Shown here: in pieces, positions 10,099 to 19,909 of the stretch | Numbering within the stretch: the stretch's first letter is position 1 | How the letters are laid out: every line of letters begins with the position of its first letter | IMG/VR virus record: IMGVR_UViG_3300044825_000904 | Coordinates: 40,272 to 104,271 of that record | From: a virus | Strand: one strand, 5' to 3' | DNA length: 64,000 nucleotides | Program-made: the position numbers and the translations under genes | Notes under the pieces: generated by a model | The model's database searches: none | The model's input: the letters and a program-made list of their open reading frames with translations, nothing else | Told to the model about the DNA's origin: nothing

Positions 10099-10845
10099 TT
10101 AGCGATATTTTTTAGATAGTAACTCGTAGACATCTAAACCATCATTGCTTTGGAGCCATGACACAAGTAGTTTGGTTGGGTCTTCTCCAAATGGAACGCC
10201 CATTAACTTATTCTTATTGTCAGGCAGGTTAAAGAAGATGTCACGTTTTTTATTCTTCAATACAAACGTACCATCTTGCAATGCCTTAGCTGCGATATCA
10301 TTCAACTTAAGCTCAGGATCATTTAACATGTTCATGAATTCGTAAGGATGGTTACGTGCATATAAAATTAAGTCACGTCTCAATTCCTCTGTAGTTAAAC
10401 GATCAACACGAGCACCTAATAGTACACGTCCTAATGCATCAGCTGTATTGATATCTAAATCACGTGCAGCAAGTTGTGCATCCAATTGAGAGTACATAAC
10501 CTCAATCTGATTGTTTGCATCTCTTTGAGTATCAACCTCTTCGAACAACACACCATTGTCTGGGTGTAATTCTAGGAATTGTTGTAATACCTGGTTGTAT
10601 TTGTTAACAGCTAACAAACCATCTTCAAAGATGATTGGCTCTAAAATGAAGTTACCATCTTGCTCATCTTCAAATGGAGACTTCTGGTTAACTGCATAAC
10701 GTAAAGCTCTATTAAGACCTTTAGAAGCGTCAAAGTATAGTAATGATTTGTTTCTAGTATTTCTACTAGCAAGCATAAAGCTGATAGGGAATGTTTTTCT
10801 TTTAAGGACATAGATCTTGTCCTTTAATTCTTTCTGAGTTGACAT
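10099..10845 (-). CDS. Uncharacterised protein downstream of the capsid gene
   Basis: 248-aa ORF; position only. Confidence 0.6.
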   Translation of the reverse strand: MSTQKELKDKIYVLKRKTFPISFMLASRNTRNKSLLYFDASKGLNRALRYAVNQKSPFEDEQDGNFILEPIIFEDGLLAVNKYNQVLQQFLELHPDNGVLFEEVDTQRDANNQIEVMYSQLDAQLAARDLDINTADALGRVLLGARVDRLTTEELRRDLILYARNHPYEFMNMLNDPELKLNDIAAKALQDGTFVLKNKKRDIFFNLPDNKNKLMGVPFGEDPTKLLVSWLQSNDGLDVYELLSKKYR

Positions 10846-10874
10846 TATATTTGATTTTAAAATTTAAACAAATT

Positions 10875-10901
10875 AAATAAGGGGAGACCGAAGCCTCCCC
10901 C
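10875..10901 (-). terminator. Intrinsic terminator after MCP
   Basis: GGGGAGGC-TTCG-GTCTCCCC then TTATTT on the minus strand. Confidence 0.8.
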
Positions 10902-10909
10902 TAAGTTTA

Positions 10910-12325
10910 CTAGTTCTCGAACAAGAAGAAGTTGTTCGCACCAAGAGTACATAATGCACGCTCAGATAAGAAGTTAACTTCCATTGCATCTAAAGAACTT
11001 GTTTGAGCACCACCAGCAGAACCAGTGATCCAAGTTTTGTAACGACGATCTTCAGTTTCAGAAGCACGGTAACGTACGTGTAAGAACGGACGCTTAGCAT
11101 TCTTTCCTAAGATTTGATCGTATACGTTAGTAGAACCTGCAGGTACCAAGATACCATTGATAGCTCCACCTACGATTCCACCACGAGTAGTTGCATCGTT
11201 TAAGTATTTCCAGTCAGTCTTGTAGAAATCGTATCCACGCTTAAAGCCTGTGAAACCTAAGTTTAACGCCATAGTCTCGCTGTTGTCGAATAAACCGTAA
11301 GAAGTACCACCTGAACCATAAGAGTTTTGTGATGCCAACATATCGTCGATATCAAAACCAAACTTACGGTTTAAGAAGATAACATTCTCTTGGATTGCTC
11401 CTTGCTTATCAAGACGTTGGATGATAGAATCGAAGTCAGACAAAGTAGTTGGGTTACCACCTGCCCATACGTTTCCACGCTCAGCAACAGCATTGAATAA
11501 ACCTTGAGTACCAGCAGCACCAGGTTGTACTTGAGAAGAAGCTACAGTTAAGTAAGTAGCAGCAGCTGAACCAGCTTCTGCAGGAACACCTTCAACCATT
11601 GACATCTCTAAGTAATCTTCGAAACGTAAACGAGTCTCGTGCTCAGACTTGATGTACCATAAGTAACCAGTAGCACCGTTCTCAGAAGTTACTTCAACCC
11701 ATCCGATTTGAGCCATGTCAGAACCAGAAACAGCGTACTTATCTTTGATGATAATTGGCTTGTTTTCGAAGAAGATATCTTGAGACTCTAAAGAACCGTC
11801 CATTCCTAATGAACCTTTAGTGAATTCAGAACCGTAAACGAATGCAGTAGAAGCAGTATCTACAGCGATTGATTGTCCTGAAGCAGCATAGTAAGCTACT
11901 GTGAAAGTGTTAGCAGTTGTATCTACTGCAGTGATAACCGCTTTATCAGAAGCAGAACCAGAGTTTGCAGATAAGAATACAGTTTGGTTAACACGGAAGT
12001 TAACAGTTACATCTGCATCTTCAACAGTCCACACAGCTGTATCTTGTCCTGCAGCAGCTGCTGAAGTACAGTTTACATACTTAGTGTGTAAACGACCTTG
12101 CTCTGCCCATTTGATTAAGTCAGAGTTAGAAGGTAATTCTGCACCTACCATACGTAAGAAAGATGCAATAGAACGATTACCATAACGCTCGAATTCAGCC
12201 TCGTAAGTATCAGGAAGATACTGATTTAAGAAATCGAAGTTAGTAATGTAGTTTGTAGGCAATGTTGCCTTTACCGCTGAGGGCTCTAATTGAAAGCCCG
12301 GGGTAGCTTGAACTGATCCAGCCAT
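10910..12325 (-). CDS. Major capsid protein, phage A
   Basis: 471 aa; WAEQGRLH, W..K.E.ETR.RF.D..E motifs; after the scaffold and before a strong terminator. Confidence 0.85.
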   Translation of the reverse strand: MAGSVQATPGFQLEPSAVKATLPTNYITNFDFLNQYLPDTYEAEFERYGNRSIASFLRMVGAELPSNSDLIKWAEQGRLHTKYVNCTSAAAAGQDTAVWTVEDADVTVNFRVNQTVFLSANSGSASDKAVITAVDTTANTFTVAYYAASGQSIAVDTASTAFVYGSEFTKGSLGMDGSLESQDIFFENKPIIIKDKYAVSGSDMAQIGWVEVTSENGATGYLWYIKSEHETRLRFEDYLEMSMVEGVPAEAGSAAATYLTVASSQVQPGAAGTQGLFNAVAERGNVWAGGNPTTLSDFDSIIQRLDKQGAIQENVIFLNRKFGFDIDDMLASQNSYGSGGTSYGLFDNSETMALNLGFTGFKRGYDFYKTDWKYLNDATTRGGIVGGAINGILVPAGSTNVYDQILGKNAKRPFLHVRYRASETEDRRYKTWITGSAGGAQTSSLDAMEVNFLSERALCTLGANNFFLFEN

Positions 12326-12344
12326 TGTTTTTGTTTTTTTGGTT

Positions 12345-13433
12345 TTAGTTTTTTAAAGATTTAATCTTAAGTCTGTTACCATGGTCACTATCCAATGCTG
12401 TTACTTTAAACCCACCTTTGTCGATATTTTGTGGAGCATTTCTAACGCTCATATCGATGTTCTTGCTTTGACGAACTGAGTCATCAATTGCATCTGCTTT
12501 GCCCATATCATAAAAGAATTTGGCCATCGCATCCGGGTTCATTGCCGCAGCAATTGTTTTGTGATACTGTTTAGCATCCTTAATGTATCCATTTTCATCA
12601 ACGAAATTAGTGAAGAATTTGGAAATGTCTGTTTGTTGAGCTTTCAGCTGCTCTGGAGTTCCAGGTTTATAAGATACTTCCTTATCTCCAACTTTGAAAT
12701 CAAAACCTTTGAATTCATCAGAGAATAATTCATTTGTCTTATTCATAAAGTACTCCGACTTTTTAGCCTGCTCTTGCTGCATAGCAGTAGATTGGCTGAT
12801 ATATTGCTTGTAAGATTCCAAAGCCTCTTTGTCCTCAGCAGGAATAGCAGCTTCCATCCTCGACTCAAGGGGAGCTTTGTATTTTTCCTTTTGTTCTTCA
12901 AAGTACTTTGACGCCTTGCCAAGTTCTTTTTTAAGTGCTAACTTCTTGCGTTTGATTTCTTTTTCGTCATCCATCTCCTCATCGTATCCAAACTTTGATT
13001 CATATTCGAATGCGATATCCTCATCATCAAAATCAGGATTAGTCTCACGCATGTAGTCAGCTAGAAGTCTTTCTGGGTTAACCTTAGAAAAATCTTGGTT
13101 AACACGATAGAAATCTTCTAAACCACGCCCTGTGTCTTTCTTGAATTTTAAGAAAGCATTTACGTCTTCAGGAAGTAATTCCTGTTGTGGTCTCTCTGTA
13201 AATAATTCATCCAAAGAGTTTACCTCCTTGTTGAACTTTGTTTTTAAATATGAAAGAACGTCGTTGTCACCAAATTGCGGCGACTCTACTACAGGTGGCT
13301 CTTCTACATGTGTCTCCTCTACAGGAGCTACATCTTCAGCCATCTTTTGTTCGTGCTGATCAAGCAACTGTTGCTCGATTTCTTGCACAGACTTTTCTTC
13401 AAAGTCTACAAGTTTTACTTGAATATTATCCAT
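12345..13433 (-). CDS. Putative scaffolding protein
   Basis: Acidic coiled-coil 362 aa between portal and MCP. Confidence 0.6.
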   Translation of the reverse strand: MDNIQVKLVDFEEKSVQEIEQQLLDQHEQKMAEDVAPVEETHVEEPPVVESPQFGDNDVLSYLKTKFNKEVNSLDELFTERPQQELLPEDVNAFLKFKKDTGRGLEDFYRVNQDFSKVNPERLLADYMRETNPDFDDEDIAFEYESKFGYDEEMDDEKEIKRKKLALKKELGKASKYFEEQKEKYKAPLESRMEAAIPAEDKEALESYKQYISQSTAMQQEQAKKSEYFMNKTNELFSDEFKGFDFKVGDKEVSYKPGTPEQLKAQQTDISKFFTNFVDENGYIKDAKQYHKTIAAAMNPDAMAKFFYDMGKADAIDDSVRQSKNIDMSVRNAPQNIDKGGFKVTALDSDHGNRLKIKSLKN

Positions 13434-13452
13434 TTAATTAAATTTAGTTGCA

Positions 13453-13460
13453 CAAAAGTA
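13453..13460 (-). promoter_or_regulatory. Bacteroidota -7 promoter element TACTTTTG
   Basis: TAnnTTTG upstream of scaffold-MCP. Confidence 0.55.
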
Positions 13461-13470
13461 ATAATAAAAA

Positions 13471-15903
13471 TTATCTTGGGTTGAATTGCTCTAAATCAAA
13501 GCCATCTAGAGAGTCTTCTTCTGATTCGAAGTTCATCGCTGGAAGGTCTTTTTGACGTTGTTCAATTAACTTAGATTGTTGAGTAGCTTGAAGTTTTGTG
13601 CGATCGTCTTTAGCTTTCTCCTTATCCATATCCAACTGCTTAACCTTCTCTACCTCCATGCCTCTTAATTGCATGTTATAGTTAAATTCAACAGCCATAA
13701 GTTGTTCTTTAATCTGAGCTTCTGCTTGCATGCGTTGAATATCAAACTGCATCTGTGCTTGAGCAATTTGTGCTTTAGCTTGTGCTTCTGCTTGTACTTT
13801 TTGTAATGACGCTTGAGCTGCCGCTTGAGAAGATTGGATATTACCCTGAGTCTGCATTTGAATCTTAGCTTGCTCATTCTCCATATCTTTCTTACCCTTA
13901 TCCTTACGCTTCATCTTAAGCAACTCGTTAGCTAACTTAAGATTCTTCATTTGACGGATATCAATAGCATCCTCAAGAGTAATTTGATCACGCTGTAATG
14001 CCATCTGAATGTTAGCCTCTAATTGAGCCTTCTCTTCTTCGTCAGGAGCAACCTCAATGAAAATACCAAAGTCGTGTAAGTACAAGTCTTTAATCTCCTC
14101 TAGAAGACCAACAGCATACTTACCGATTTGCATCGTAAACTCTTCTTTGAAATCAGAGTATTCTAAGATATCGGCAACACGAAGCGATAACGCTTCAGAT
14201 AATCTACGAGTAATAAATAAACTTCCTTCTAAGATGTGGCGAGTTGCTGTGTTTGAATTTAATGCAGCAAGTTTCTGTACGCCAACTAATGCATCAGGAT
14301 TAGGAGTAGAAGCATCACGAGCTTCATTCAATCCTGTTACATCACGTATCATGCTCATGTACTGATTGTATGCATTAATCAATGCAGTAATCTTACCTTG
14401 ACCACTATTAGTATTAAGTTCTTGAATAGGAATACGACCATGGTTTAAATCACCATCGGTAGTCATACTACGTCCAATAACACTACCAGTTTGGAAATAC
14501 AAACGAAGAGCATCTTCAGGATTGTAAGCACCACCAGTTCCTAAGTCAACCTCATTGATACCATCAGCATCGATGAACACACCATCCGGCACAACACGTT
14601 GTAGAACTTGTTGTAATTTAAGGTGGGTCATTTGAATTAAGTCAGCAAAAGGAATCATACGACGAGTCAATGACTCGATGATACCTTTGTACATTCTTGG
14701 TGCTACAGCGATGTAGTTTGGTAACGCATACTGAGAAGCAGACTTAGGGCGAACCATATTGCGAGCAAGCTCCCACTTAAGTAAATAAGGAGATCCAGGT
14801 ACCATAATACCTTCGTACCATACATCAATTCTCTTTTCAATTCTCTCGAATCTTTCTTCAGTTCCTTCAGGAGGGTTGAAATTTTCATCTTTTTGGATTA
14901 CACGAACGCCATTGTTCTCAAGGTATTTCTTCTTGTAAACAAACGTCTTGTCAGTTTTATAATTAAAATATAATAACGTAACTACATCTCTGTTAAAGAT
15001 GTCGCTACGATAAGGACGCATAATTCCATAATAATTGTACCACGCTGTTCCTAATTGTTGAATCTCTGCCAACTCCTCTTTTGTAATGTCTGGCTTAATC
15101 TTAATTAGTTCAGTGATTGGTACTTGCTTTACTTCTCCCCAATAGAAACAATCGTCAAATGTTGGAGATTCAGTGTAACTATAAACAATGTTAGCGGGGT
15201 CAACATACTCAACACGAACTCCTGTTCCTGGTACAAATGAGTGCTTTACTACTCCGATACCGATTGTTGTGATGTCGTAGTCGACCCTTTTACGAACGTC
15301 TTGATAATGATTTAAATCTAAGATAGTATTGATTGCCTCCTCTTCAGCAATCTCAATTGCAGGCTTATAATTAAGCTGCATATATAACGATAACTCTTGG
15401 TCGTTCTCTGGTAAATCTTCCTCAGGAACATTAAATGCATCAATACCAAACTCTTGCTTAGTTTGAACTAATAGGTCTTTAGCAATCATATCTGCCTCAA
15501 CCATCTCTTGAAACTTAGAGCGTTTGTTTGATGACATAGCATCTTGTGCATATGCTTTAACCTCAAATAATCGGTCATGCATACCGTTAACAACGATGTC
15601 AACAAACTTAGGGATGATTGGTACAGGAGTCCAGTCTAGGTTAATGTGCGACATGTCGCCATCAACTTCTAATTGGCTTTTATATTTAGCTACTGGTTGT
15701 TCACCACGAGCATAAAGTCTAACTCTATGGAAATCAATCCATTGTGAATAGTATCGGCAACTGTTGCCTGTCTTTGCAAACCATTCATATGAAATGCTTT
15801 GCCCAATTCTTAAGCCATATTCCCATGATGCCTTTTCCTGATCAGTCGCTAACTGCGAAGGGAATTGGGTATCTGGCATTAATATTCCAAGAGGTTTGTT
15901 CAT
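13471..15903 (-). CDS. Portal protein, phage A
   Basis: 810 aa; PIIPKFVDIVV, YVDPAN, TGLNEARD motifs; Gln-rich C-terminal barrel. Confidence 0.88.
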   Translation of the reverse strand: MNKPLGILMPDTQFPSQLATDQEKASWEYGLRIGQSISYEWFAKTGNSCRYYSQWIDFHRVRLYARGEQPVAKYKSQLEVDGDMSHINLDWTPVPIIPKFVDIVVNGMHDRLFEVKAYAQDAMSSNKRSKFQEMVEADMIAKDLLVQTKQEFGIDAFNVPEEDLPENDQELSLYMQLNYKPAIEIAEEEAINTILDLNHYQDVRKRVDYDITTIGIGVVKHSFVPGTGVRVEYVDPANIVYSYTESPTFDDCFYWGEVKQVPITELIKIKPDITKEELAEIQQLGTAWYNYYGIMRPYRSDIFNRDVVTLLYFNYKTDKTFVYKKKYLENNGVRVIQKDENFNPPEGTEERFERIEKRIDVWYEGIMVPGSPYLLKWELARNMVRPKSASQYALPNYIAVAPRMYKGIIESLTRRMIPFADLIQMTHLKLQQVLQRVVPDGVFIDADGINEVDLGTGGAYNPEDALRLYFQTGSVIGRSMTTDGDLNHGRIPIQELNTNSGQGKITALINAYNQYMSMIRDVTGLNEARDASTPNPDALVGVQKLAALNSNTATRHILEGSLFITRRLSEALSLRVADILEYSDFKEEFTMQIGKYAVGLLEEIKDLYLHDFGIFIEVAPDEEEKAQLEANIQMALQRDQITLEDAIDIRQMKNLKLANELLKMKRKDKGKKDMENEQAKIQMQTQGNIQSSQAAAQASLQKVQAEAQAKAQIAQAQMQFDIQRMQAEAQIKEQLMAVEFNYNMQLRGMEVEKVKQLDMDKEKAKDDRTKLQATQQSKLIEQRQKDLPAMNFESEEDSLDGFDLEQFNPR

Positions 15904-18113
15904 ATCTTGTTAATTCTACTGAAGGAACCAGTGTTATCGTAAGTTGCAAATTTAATGCTTATTTTTGACTCTTTTTTCTCAGGCAAATATACGTGCTTTT
16001 GATTTGCCATAATAGCATATCCTGAACTAATTGACGCATCAAATTTAGTTCTGTCGTTTACGTCGAATCTAGCCCAGTCCTGAAGTGTCTTATTGAACGG
16101 CATATCGCCTATTTCATCAGGCTGACGGTAGTTACCCTCCATATCTAATCCCACAAAACGCTCTATGTATGTCTCGATTGCTGTGGCGTGTGCTTGCTTA
16201 ATATCTTCACTTGATGACGGTATACCACCAATCTCTCTTTCTGTGAATGACAGTTTGTGTGCGTGCTTATCAGGACGGTTCATTGAGAACCCACGGTAGC
16301 CTCTATTCTTAAAGTGATAAAGTAGACGTGCTTTGTTGTTCTCACAAAGAATAGGCATGCCATAGAATACGCAAGCCATCAGCACCTCTTCGAAGAATAT
16401 CTCTGCTGTCTGTGGACGAGCAATATATTCTAAAAAGAATTGGTTGGATGGTGCACCTGTCATATTAAACTTGGTTAACCCATGGAGCGAACCGTTTGAT
16501 CCACCAAAGGTCGCACCTGAGATGTCGTAGGGGTCACAGCCAAACGCACCAATATGCTCATTACCCGGATATCTATTCCCATTCTTAGTAATATAATTAT
16601 TGTTGATGCCTGGTCCAGGTATCCAAGATACTAGGAACCGACCATTCTTATCGGGTGTCCAAACAACCTTGGTGTCCTTCTCTCCGTTAGCCCAGTGAAA
16701 ATAGCCACGTGTTACGACGTGGTCTTGTACCAAACTGTCATTGTAGTCTATCTGCTGATAGATTTTAGTCAAGTTAAACAGAGATGACTTGGTCTCATCA
16801 CGGAAAGCGTGTGACTCTGTTCTAGGGAACTGACGATAGAATTCATTCAGTGCATCAGGGTTAGCCTTTAACGATGCCACCTCATTGTTCCAATACTCAA
16901 TTACGCCTTGTGTTATCCAAGTACCCTCTGCTGAACGCACAGGCTTCTCAGGACGTTCTAATACTGCGTGACCGTACTCGTCAATATATCCCTCAAAGTT
17001 ATACTCCATTGGAATAAAGAGCGAATATAGACCCGATATAGTCTGACCATTCTGGTTTCTTTTCCTGACGTTCGAGTCATAATAAATACGTTTATAGTTT
17101 TCTCCACCTTTATCTAGTGCATTAGATGTTGATCCCATCATACACTTACCGATAATCCTAGCACCTAGACGAAGACAAGTTTTTCTGACACGCCAACCGT
17201 TCTCTATGTTCATAGGACGCTCTAACTTAGCGGCCTCATCTTCAACCAAATATAATAATTTTTCTCCATCATAGGAGTTGTCTGCTGTGTTACGCCAGTC
17301 AATCGTTGTATCCAATCCATCAATCTCTTCCTCGTTCTCCTCGTGCATATTCTTACGAGTAATCTTAGAAGCTGGTACACGGAATGCAAGTTCAGTCTTT
17401 GGTGTGGTCATACCATCACGCACTGGTTGAAAAAAGAATGGATAGTTATTTGCAATCGGAACTACCTTATCGGTAAACATCTTTTTAGCATCGGGACCTG
17501 TCTTAGATGTTAAACCTATACGAGCATCTTTAGCTAAAGTTGCAATGTTAACAGCTTCTGATGATGCCATAAAAGAGAAACCTGAACGACGGTTCTTAAG
17601 GTAGCACATACCAAAGCATCTACTATCAGCCTTGCATGCTTCCCAAAATATAAAGAATACTCTGTTTGATTCACGGAAGTCAGGATGACCTACGTCGGTC
17701 TTTGACCATTGCAGATACATATAATGTGCACCTGTGATGTAAGTCTTCTCGCCATTGTTAATAAACCAATAGCCAAGCTCACGTCTGTCAAACTCTTTTT
17801 CGATGTAGTCTACCCATTGAGACTTAAATGAATTGTCACGACGGTTCCAATCAAAGATGGTCTTGATACGAGATAATTCTTTTGGGAGCTCGGTGGCTTT
17901 CCACTTGTTGCCATCGTAGTCAACCTTATCAGGAGCTAGTGGCAGAGCAACTCTTAGACCGCTGATATTGTACACCTCTCCAATCGTGCCATCTTTTGAC
18001 ACTACCACAAAGTCATACTCAGGATCCCATCCATACTCCCAATCTTTCTTTGCATTTCTTTTTGCAAGGATTTTTTCAGGAACATTAGAATCTTCAATGT
18101 AGAATAAACTCAT
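15900..18113 (-). CDS. terL: Terminase large subunit, phage A
   Basis: KNRRSGFS Walker-A-like, LVEDE Walker B, FGCDPYD nuclease motif. Confidence 0.9.
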   Translation of the reverse strand: MSLFYIEDSNVPEKILAKRNAKKDWEYGWDPEYDFVVVSKDGTIGEVYNISGLRVALPLAPDKVDYDGNKWKATELPKELSRIKTIFDWNRRDNSFKSQWVDYIEKEFDRRELGYWFINNGEKTYITGAHYMYLQWSKTDVGHPDFRESNRVFFIFWEACKADSRCFGMCYLKNRRSGFSFMASSEAVNIATLAKDARIGLTSKTGPDAKKMFTDKVVPIANNYPFFFQPVRDGMTTPKTELAFRVPASKITRKNMHEENEEEIDGLDTTIDWRNTADNSYDGEKLLYLVEDEAAKLERPMNIENGWRVRKTCLRLGARIIGKCMMGSTSNALDKGGENYKRIYYDSNVRKRNQNGQTISGLYSLFIPMEYNFEGYIDEYGHAVLERPEKPVRSAEGTWITQGVIEYWNNEVASLKANPDALNEFYRQFPRTESHAFRDETKSSLFNLTKIYQQIDYNDSLVQDHVVTRGYFHWANGEKDTKVVWTPDKNGRFLVSWIPGPGINNNYITKNGNRYPGNEHIGAFGCDPYDISGATFGGSNGSLHGLTKFNMTGAPSNQFFLEYIARPQTAEIFFEEVLMACVFYGMPILCENNKARLLYHFKNRGYRGFSMNRPDKHAHKLSFTEREIGGIPSSSEDIKQAHATAIETYIERFVGLDMEGNYRQPDEIGDMPFNKTLQDWARFDVNDRTKFDASISSGYAIMANQKHVYLPEKKESKISIKFATYDNTGSFSRINKI

Positions 18114-18571
18114 ATCTTTTTTAAGAATGCAACCTGTATAATTCTAGAATATTCTCCTTGCCCATAGTTATCAAAAATATTTCTTGAGTGAAGAATTGTA
18201 GAATCAAATATAAATAGTCTATTAAACTTTGCGTTGGTAATTAGTATCTTATTATAAGATTCGTCATACAATGTAGTGCCGTCATCTTTAGGTGGATTCT
18301 TTGTTAGATATAATATGGCAGTCAAATCTCCCATCATCTCATCCGTATGAATGAAGTTTGGCTCTATTTGGCCATAAGGAGATAGACGAATAAAGTTATG
18401 AGCAATCTCATAATCAGGATACATATTAAGTAGCAATTGAGCTACCTCATCCCCATCCCTAGGTTGTATGCCTTTGAAGACTTTATGTCCATCGGGCACA
18501 TCATAGAATTGACCACTTAAAACATTCTTTAAGTGATGGTCAGGATTCGGTAAAAAATTATCTACTACCAT
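18110..18571 (-). CDS. 2OG-Fe(II) oxygenase (DUF6445-like)
   Basis: VVDNFLPNP, IHTD (HxD), AILYL, DGTTLY, FNRL..FD...LHS, distal R. Confidence 0.8.
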   Translation of the reverse strand: MVVDNFLPNPDHHLKNVLSGQFYDVPDGHKVFKGIQPRDGDEVAQLLLNMYPDYEIAHNFIRLSPYGQIEPNFIHTDEMMGDLTAILYLTKNPPKDDGTTLYDESYNKILITNAKFNRLFIFDSTILHSRNIFDNYGQGEYSRIIQVAFLKKI

Positions 18572-18852
18572 TATTTACCTTTTGCTCTTTGTTCTGCAAA
18601 CCCACGGTTAGTAGGTGCAGAGTTTCCAACTACTCCCTCAATAATATTATTCTCCTCCTCGACTCTTTTAAGAATCTCAAAAGCATCCATGATGGCTAAC
18701 TTCTTTGCTGCGGCTGCGTTCTTTAATTTGTCTGCAGACAAGTCATCATCCATGTGGGTAACAATCTTCTCCTCAGCAACTTTAATCAACTCTTCAACGG
18801 CTTTATATCCAGAGTCAATGATGCGTTTCTTTAACTCAGTTATTTTGTTCAT
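18571..18852 (-). CDS. Possible terminase small subunit
   Basis: 93-aa helical protein upstream of TerL; positional inference. Confidence 0.45.
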   Translation of the reverse strand: MNKITELKKRIIDSGYKAVEELIKVAEEKIVTHMDDDLSADKLKNAAAAKKLAIMDAFEILKRVEEENNIIEGVVGNSAPTNRGFAEQRAKGK

Positions 18853-19399
18853 CTAATTTAATTGTTAAATTCTTAGTATACATACGATACACTTTCTCAC
18901 CATCAATATAGAATGGATACTCGCTCTCAGGCTCAAACGTGACCGTGTCACCCTCTTTTAATCCTAGTGCTAGTACTTCTTCGTTTGGATACTTTATCGT
19001 GCCTACAAGAGGCTTCTCTGCGTCCGCAGTAAGTATGCCTGTGCTATAGTTCTCTACCGGAGAGATGAACACGTAGCGACCAATACCAATCCAATCGGAC
19101 CCTGGCTTCTTGTATGCATACGGATCATCAATAAAGTACAAGTCATCTCGGAAGTAATTCCAAGCAGACTTCTCTCTACCACGCATATCGTAATACAACC
19201 TAAAAGTATTGTGATGCACAATGACCGTGTCGCCTGGTTCAACAGGACCCTCGTATCCAATAGGCGTAGAGATAACAACAGCCTCACGCATAGTGGCAAG
19301 GTGGTCTTCTTTCGATGTAGAAATAATAAGCTCTCCCCTCGTGTTGTCATATCTCTTGCCATCACGGGGTTGCACTATAAAGTAAAATGGGGACTTCAT
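18836..19399 (-). CDS. Tandem GroES-like co-chaperonin
   Basis: Two GroES-like halves: AVVISTP...VEPGDTVIV and GTIKY...GLKEGDTVTF...IDGEKVYRM. Confidence 0.65.
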   Translation of the reverse strand: MKSPFYFIVQPRDGKRYDNTRGELIISTSKEDHLATMREAVVISTPIGYEGPVEPGDTVIVHHNTFRLYYDMRGREKSAWNYFRDDLYFIDDPYAYKKPGSDWIGIGRYVFISPVENYSTGILTADAEKPLVGTIKYPNEEVLALGLKEGDTVTFEPESEYPFYIDGEKVYRMYTKNLTIKLDEQNN

Positions 19400-19400
19400 A

Positions 19401-19619
19401 TTAGAAATCTATATTATATTCAATTAAGAATGGCATATTGCCATTAATCTTTTTCCATAAGACCACCTCATCGTTAGCCTCAATGAAGATTTCAATATCT
19501 CCTGCTTCGGTCTGACGAATCAAATGAATCTTGTAGTTTCCTTGGAGTACAGATTGATTATGCATATAATTCATTGCATTCTTATAATCTGCACCAACTG
19601 ATATTTTACGAATTACCAT
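19401..19619 (-). CDS. Hypothetical protein (start moved to MVIRKISVG)
   Basis: ATG overlaps the end of the upstream gene. Confidence 0.6.
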   Translation of the reverse strand: MVIRKISVGADYKNAMNYMHNQSVLQGNYKIHLIRQTEAGDIEIFIEANDEVVLWKKINGNMPFLIEYNIDF

Positions 19620-19860
19620 CTTTGTTCTTGATTTCTCCAGTCGCAAAGTCAATCGTGATATCTCCGTACTTAGCGTGTAGTTCTTGTTGGATAGCAACGT
19701 GTGTTGTACCAGCTGTATCTAACTGAGCTAAAATAGATTGTTTCTCTACTTTGGAATTGTGAATTGATATCTCAGCATCTGCTAATGCGTTGCGAAGATT
19801 TCTGATTTCTGTATGAGCGGCTCTGAAACGATCCAACTCGTCTTGTGTTAATTTATCCAT
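19606..19860 (-). CDS. Small coiled-coil protein
   Basis: 84 aa ending KYGDITIDFATGEIK. Confidence 0.65.
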   Translation of the reverse strand: MDKLTQDELDRFRAAHTEIRNLRNALADAEISIHNSKVEKQSILAQLDTAGTTHVAIQQELHAKYGDITIDFATGEIKNKDGNS

Positions 19861-19909
19861 TGTATTATATTTTTTTGTAAAAGTACTAATTATATTTTAA
19901 TTTTAGCAT

